Source: an archaeon (GTDB taxonomy: Archaea; B1Sed10-29; WALL01). From it: 64,000 nucleotides of DNA. Of the stretch, positions 61,029 to 64,000 are shown one piece after another. The DNA is taken from positions 8,786 to 72,785 of the forward strand of contig JBHOSQ010000004.1 in assembly GCA_042584585.1 (NCBI GenBank), written 5' to 3'. Each line of letters opens with the position of its first letter. Within the stretch, counting starts at the first letter, position 1. The translations under genes and the position numbers were made by a program. The notes beneath the pieces were generated by a model, which had not been told where the DNA came from, ran no database searches, and saw only the letters and a list, made by a program, of their open reading frames with translations.

Positions 61029-61882
61029 TGCTCGGCTGGTTCGGGTTCGCCGTCGCCGCGATGGTGTTTTACGCGGCACAAAACTTTCTTCTCAAGGCCA
61101 CAGTCGAAAAAAAATGCAACCCCGCCAGCATCATGGCCGTGTTCATGGCGACCGCGGCAGTGATTGCGGTGACAGCCGCGCTAATTACCGGTGACACGCT
61201 CGTCAACGACTGGAATTTGTTTGTTGTGTTTGCAGTCATCAACGGCTCGCTGTTTTTGGCGGGCTCAATAGCCAGGCTCGAGTCACTGAAGTACATCCCG
61301 CTCGTGATGGTGTACCCCATAAAAAAGATGGACGTCGCGTTGGCTTCGCTGGTCGGAATAGCATTCTTTGGCGAGACACTCACCGCCGCACAGGCGCTAG
61401 GCGTCGTGCTGGCAATCGCAGTTGTGTGGCTTCTCGCGCGCGACAAAAAAGCGGACAAGCCCAAGGACTTCACTAAGGGCGTTGCATTGATTCTTCTTGC
61501 GGTGCTGCTCTTCACCGGCACCGACGTCGTGCTGAAGCCCGCCGCGACAGCTGGAAGCGTCTACGTGTTCGTCGCATTGTCTTACGGCCTGATGCTTTTG
61601 CCATCGCTTCTTTTGCGGAAGCGGGTGGGCAAAGGCCGTAACGCCTCGCTCGAGACCACGGCCAAGTGGGGGATTGCCATCGGCGTGATTAATTTCTTTG
61701 CCATTACATCGCTCTTGAGCGCGCTGAAGACCGGTGCGCTGTCCACAGTGTTCCCCATAACCGCCCTCGCCGTGCCGCTCGCGGGCGCACTGGGAGTAAT
61801 CTTCTACAAGGAACAGCTCACCCCCAACCGGATTATTGCAGTCTTGCTGGCGGTGGCCGTGCTCGTGCTCATGAGCATGTAG
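61028..61882 (+). CDS. EamA/DMT-superfamily transporter
   Basis: 284 aa with about 10 TM helices in two similar halves. The start overlaps the dph2 stop by 1 nt. Confidence 0.65.
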   Translation: MLGWFGFAVAAMVFYAAQNFLLKATVEKKCNPASIMAVFMATAAVIAVTAALITGDTLVNDWNLFVVFAVINGSLFLAGSIARLESLKYIPLVMVYPIKKMDVALASLVGIAFFGETLTAAQALGVVLAIAVVWLLARDKKADKPKDFTKGVALILLAVLLFTGTDVVLKPAATAGSVYVFVALSYGLMLLPSLLLRKRVGKGRNASLETTAKWGIAIGVINFFAITSLLSALKTGALSTVFPITALAVPLAGALGVIFYKEQLTPNRIIAVLLAVAVLVLMSM

Positions 61883-61913
61883 TAATTTAAAGCGCCGCCG
61901 CGTTTTTGTTTTC

Positions 61914-62387
61914 GTGAAAAAAGAGCTTGTTGCAGTCCTCGTGCTTGTTGCGATTGCATGGTTCAGCCTCAGCCAACTCGACCACCACGTGGAGCCTTGG
62001 CTCAACACGGTGGTGCTGGACGGAGAAGTCGAGGCGGCGCACTGGGTGAAGGGCAACCCCGGCCTTTACCTCGCCGGAATCTTTGGCGGCGAATTGGTGA
62101 TGGGAATTGCCGCGAGCCCGTCACTCGTCGGAGGGGACTGGGCCGCGAACGCCAACGCCCCGCAGCAGATGAGCGACATGGACGAGTTCTACAAGACTGA
62201 TTCCGCGGACCGCGCCGAAGAGATATGGAAAAAATACGGTGCGGACTACGCGTGGTTCCCCGCAAGAAAAGTGTACGCGGGATACGGCTGGATAGACACC
62301 AACGAAGACAAAATGAGCGACCCGCGGTTCGAAATTGTTTACACAAACCCGGAGGTGAGGGTATACAAGTTAAGCGGGAATGGCTAG
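61914..62387 (+). CDS. Membrane-anchored extracellular domain protein (resembles the C-terminal soluble domain of GT-C glycosyltransferases)
   Basis: GTG start 22 nt after the TATA AATTTAAAG. One N-terminal TM (LVAVLVLVAIAWF). Ends ...RFEIVYTNPEVRVYKL. Confidence 0.45.
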   Translation: MKKELVAVLVLVAIAWFSLSQLDHHVEPWLNTVVLDGEVEAAHWVKGNPGLYLAGIFGGELVMGIAASPSLVGGDWAANANAPQQMSDMDEFYKTDSADRAEEIWKKYGADYAWFPARKVYAGYGWIDTNEDKMSDPRFEIVYTNPEVRVYKLSGNG

Positions 62388-62401
62388 GCCTCGCCGCCGC
62401 A

Positions 62402-63319
62402 ATGCTGTTCGGCGCATTGTACCGCGCCAAGCTGCTCGAGGGCTTAGTGCACCCCACGTACGGAAACACTATGTACCACACGGGGATCATCCGCATAATC
62501 ACCGAAAGCGGGTTCATGCCACTCTATGACTTGTCCTACGGCGGGCTCACCAAGAGCTTTTACGTGCCCGCGTACCGCTTGTTCACTGCGTCGCTTTCCG
62601 CGCTTTCGGGCACCGATCCCGTGGTCACCGCGGGGCTCATGGTCATCGCGCTCGGCGTTGTCTCCGTCGCCGCGATTTACTTGCTGGGGAAGGAATTCGG
62701 CGGGCCGTGGGCAGGAGTGTGCTGCGCCGCCCTGTTCGTGCTGTCGCCCGAGCTGACGATATACACGATTCGCCCGTTTCCTGAAGTGCTTGGGGTGCCA
62801 ATGCTTTTGCTGGCGCTTTACTTCGTGAGGAAAGGCGACACGCGGTTCGCGGTTCTCGCGTCTGTATTGACGGCGCTCACCCACCAGACAAGCGCGGTAG
62901 TGCTCGGGTCAATACTTCTCGTTCACGCAGTGGTCGCAAAGGACAAGCGGTCCGCTTCCGCGCTCATGGCAATGTTTTTGGCGTACTTCGTGTGGCAGCT
63001 GCACGCCTTGGGCAGCCTCGACATAGCAAACATGCGCCAGATAGCACTGAAAGAAAGCGGGGCAATCACCATGATGCACATCGAGCGCATCGGACTGTTC
63101 GCGCTTTTGGCCGCGCCGTTCGGCGCAATACGGGCGCTCAAGAATAAGTACTGGCTGCTGGTGGCAATCACTGCGGCAACTTTCCTGCTTTCCAAAAACG
63201 AGTTGCTCGGCATCGGGATATTTACTGACCGGCTGTTCACTTTCTTTGCGCTGGCGGTCGTCATACTCGGCGGCATCGGGCTCGCCGAAATCGGGCGGGC
63301 ATGGGGGAAAGCAAAATGA
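62402..63319 (+). CDS. Multi-pass membrane protein, possible GT-C-fold glycosyltransferase core (GT39/STT3-like)
   Basis: About 8 hydrophobic helices. First-loop sequence YGNTMYHTGIIRIITESGFMPLYDLSYGG is reminiscent of, but not identical to, STT3/PMT loop motifs. The start codon is uncertain. Confidence 0.4.
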   Translation: MLFGALYRAKLLEGLVHPTYGNTMYHTGIIRIITESGFMPLYDLSYGGLTKSFYVPAYRLFTASLSALSGTDPVVTAGLMVIALGVVSVAAIYLLGKEFGGPWAGVCCAALFVLSPELTIYTIRPFPEVLGVPMLLLALYFVRKGDTRFAVLASVLTALTHQTSAVVLGSILLVHAVVAKDKRSASALMAMFLAYFVWQLHALGSLDIANMRQIALKESGAITMMHIERIGLFALLAAPFGAIRALKNKYWLLVAITAATFLLSKNELLGIGIFTDRLFTFFALAVVILGGIGLAEIGRAWGKAK

Positions 63320-63573
63320 ACATTAGTGTTTTGGATTTCGTTTTGTTCGCCGCCGCGTTTGCAGTGCTGTTCATCGCGCCGGGGTACGCGTTCCTGAGAA
63401 AGAAAAAGTACGAGCTGCCGGAAATGCTGGCCCGGTCGTTTGTCCTAAGCGCCGGGATTGTGCTGGTGGAGAGCCTTTTGCTTGCGACGGTGGTCGGGCT
63501 GAGCGCGCTTTCGCTGGGCGTTGTGGTTGCTGCCACGGCAGTTACTCTATTTTTCCGGTCTGCCAGTCCTTGA
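63316..63573 (+). CDS. Small 3-TM membrane protein
   Basis: MNISVLDFVLFAAAFAVLFIAPGYAFL... ATGA overlap with the upstream stop. Confidence 0.4.
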   Translation: MNISVLDFVLFAAAFAVLFIAPGYAFLRKKKYELPEMLARSFVLSAGIVLVESLLLATVVGLSALSLGVVVAATAVTLFFRSASP

Positions 63574-64000
63574 TGAGCCGTTTCGCGGCACGGTCGAGGT
63601 CGAGCTCTGCGCCTTTGCGCAGCATCATCCACTTTCCCGCGAGCTCCTCAAGCTGCTCGTATGCGTCATCAAATGGTTCAGCCCCATAGGCTTTCGCGAT
63701 TCTTTGTGAACCAACTTTTTTGATGAGCTTTATCGCGACTCCGATGGGGTCCTTTAGCTTGGTCACGTCGTACGCGCCTTTGATGGCCAACTTTGCCTCT
63801 CCTTCTTCGCGCGGGATTATTCCGGGCGAATCAAAGAGCAAAAGGCGTTTTGTTACGCGGATCCACTGTTTTCCTCGTGTGAAGCCGGGTTTGTTTGACG
63901 TGCGTGCGCCGCCCCCGAGTGAGTTTATGACAGTGCTCTTTCCAGTGTTTGCGTAGCCAACGAGGCCTGCCCTGACTTCTTCTTTCCCGGGACAGCACGC
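63542..64000 (-). CDS. Ribosome-biogenesis-type GTPase (YlqF/RbgA-like), C-terminal part only (the gene runs off the window end)
   Basis: Hand translation upstream of track ORF 63542..63841 stays open to base 64000: ...GLVGYANTGKSTVINSLGGGARTSNKPGFTRGKQWIRVTKRLLLFDSPGIIP... Confidence 0.6.
   Translation of the reverse strand, partial: ACCPGKEEVRAGLVGYANTGKSTVINSLGGGARTSNKPGFTRGKQWIRVTKRLLLFDSPGIIPREEGEAKLAIKGAYDVTKLKDPIGVAIKLIKKVGSQRIAKAYGAEPFDDAYEQLEELAGKWMMLRKGAELDLDRAAKRLIKDWQTGKIE

Noticed and set aside
1-64000. CRISPR arrays, rRNA genes, transposases or integrases, toxin-antitoxin or known defence-system genes
   Set aside because: I looked for regularly spaced direct repeats, rRNA-like conserved strings and the characteristic protein motifs, and found none in either strand's ORF set.

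Overview
Archaeal chromosome segment, about 57-60% GC by eye and densely coded, with roughly 75 protein genes and 2 intron-containing tRNAs. There is no rRNA, CRISPR array, transposase or integrase.

Most of the window is conserved information-processing and core-metabolism genes:
- smc and thrC.
- The secE-spt5-rpl11-rpl1-rplP0-rplP1 cluster, and ftsZ.
- Two of the three archaeal AMP-salvage enzymes: ribose-1,5-bisphosphate isomerase and AMP phosphorylase.
- A four-subunit 2-oxoacid:ferredoxin oxidoreductase.
- The HMG-CoA synthase/thiolase/DUF35 trio, and ADP-forming acetyl-CoA synthetase.
- The complete exosome superoperon: Rpp30, Pop5, PsmA, SBDS, Rrp4/41/42, eL43, RpoP, Brix, Pcc1, prefoldin beta.
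- eL15, uL16 and Dph2.

Non-routine content:
1. A 3151-aa, sequon-rich surface protein with an internal propeptide plus subtilase unit and a roughly 290-aa lysine-rich cytoplasmic tail.
2. Two tRNA introns (Trp-CCA and Arg-CCT) that share an identical K-turn hairpin module. The Trp intron has guide-like complementarity to its own positions 34 and 39.
3. A 400-bp AT-rich noncoding island between convergent genes, carrying direct repeats and an ORB-like dyad.
4. Two copies of a G6-GCCAATTGGC-C6 palindrome.
5. A compositionally atypical (about 48-50% GC) radical-SAM enzyme fused to an unrecognisable C-terminal domain of about 340 aa.
6. Lysine/alanine/proline-rich extensions on uL11, eL43, FtsZ and several hypothetical proteins.

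Most genes look leaderless, with a TATA box about 22-28 nt upstream of the start codon, and several TATA boxes are shared by divergent genes. All coordinates and start-codon choices were made by hand and no database search was possible. Family names rest on recognised motifs only.
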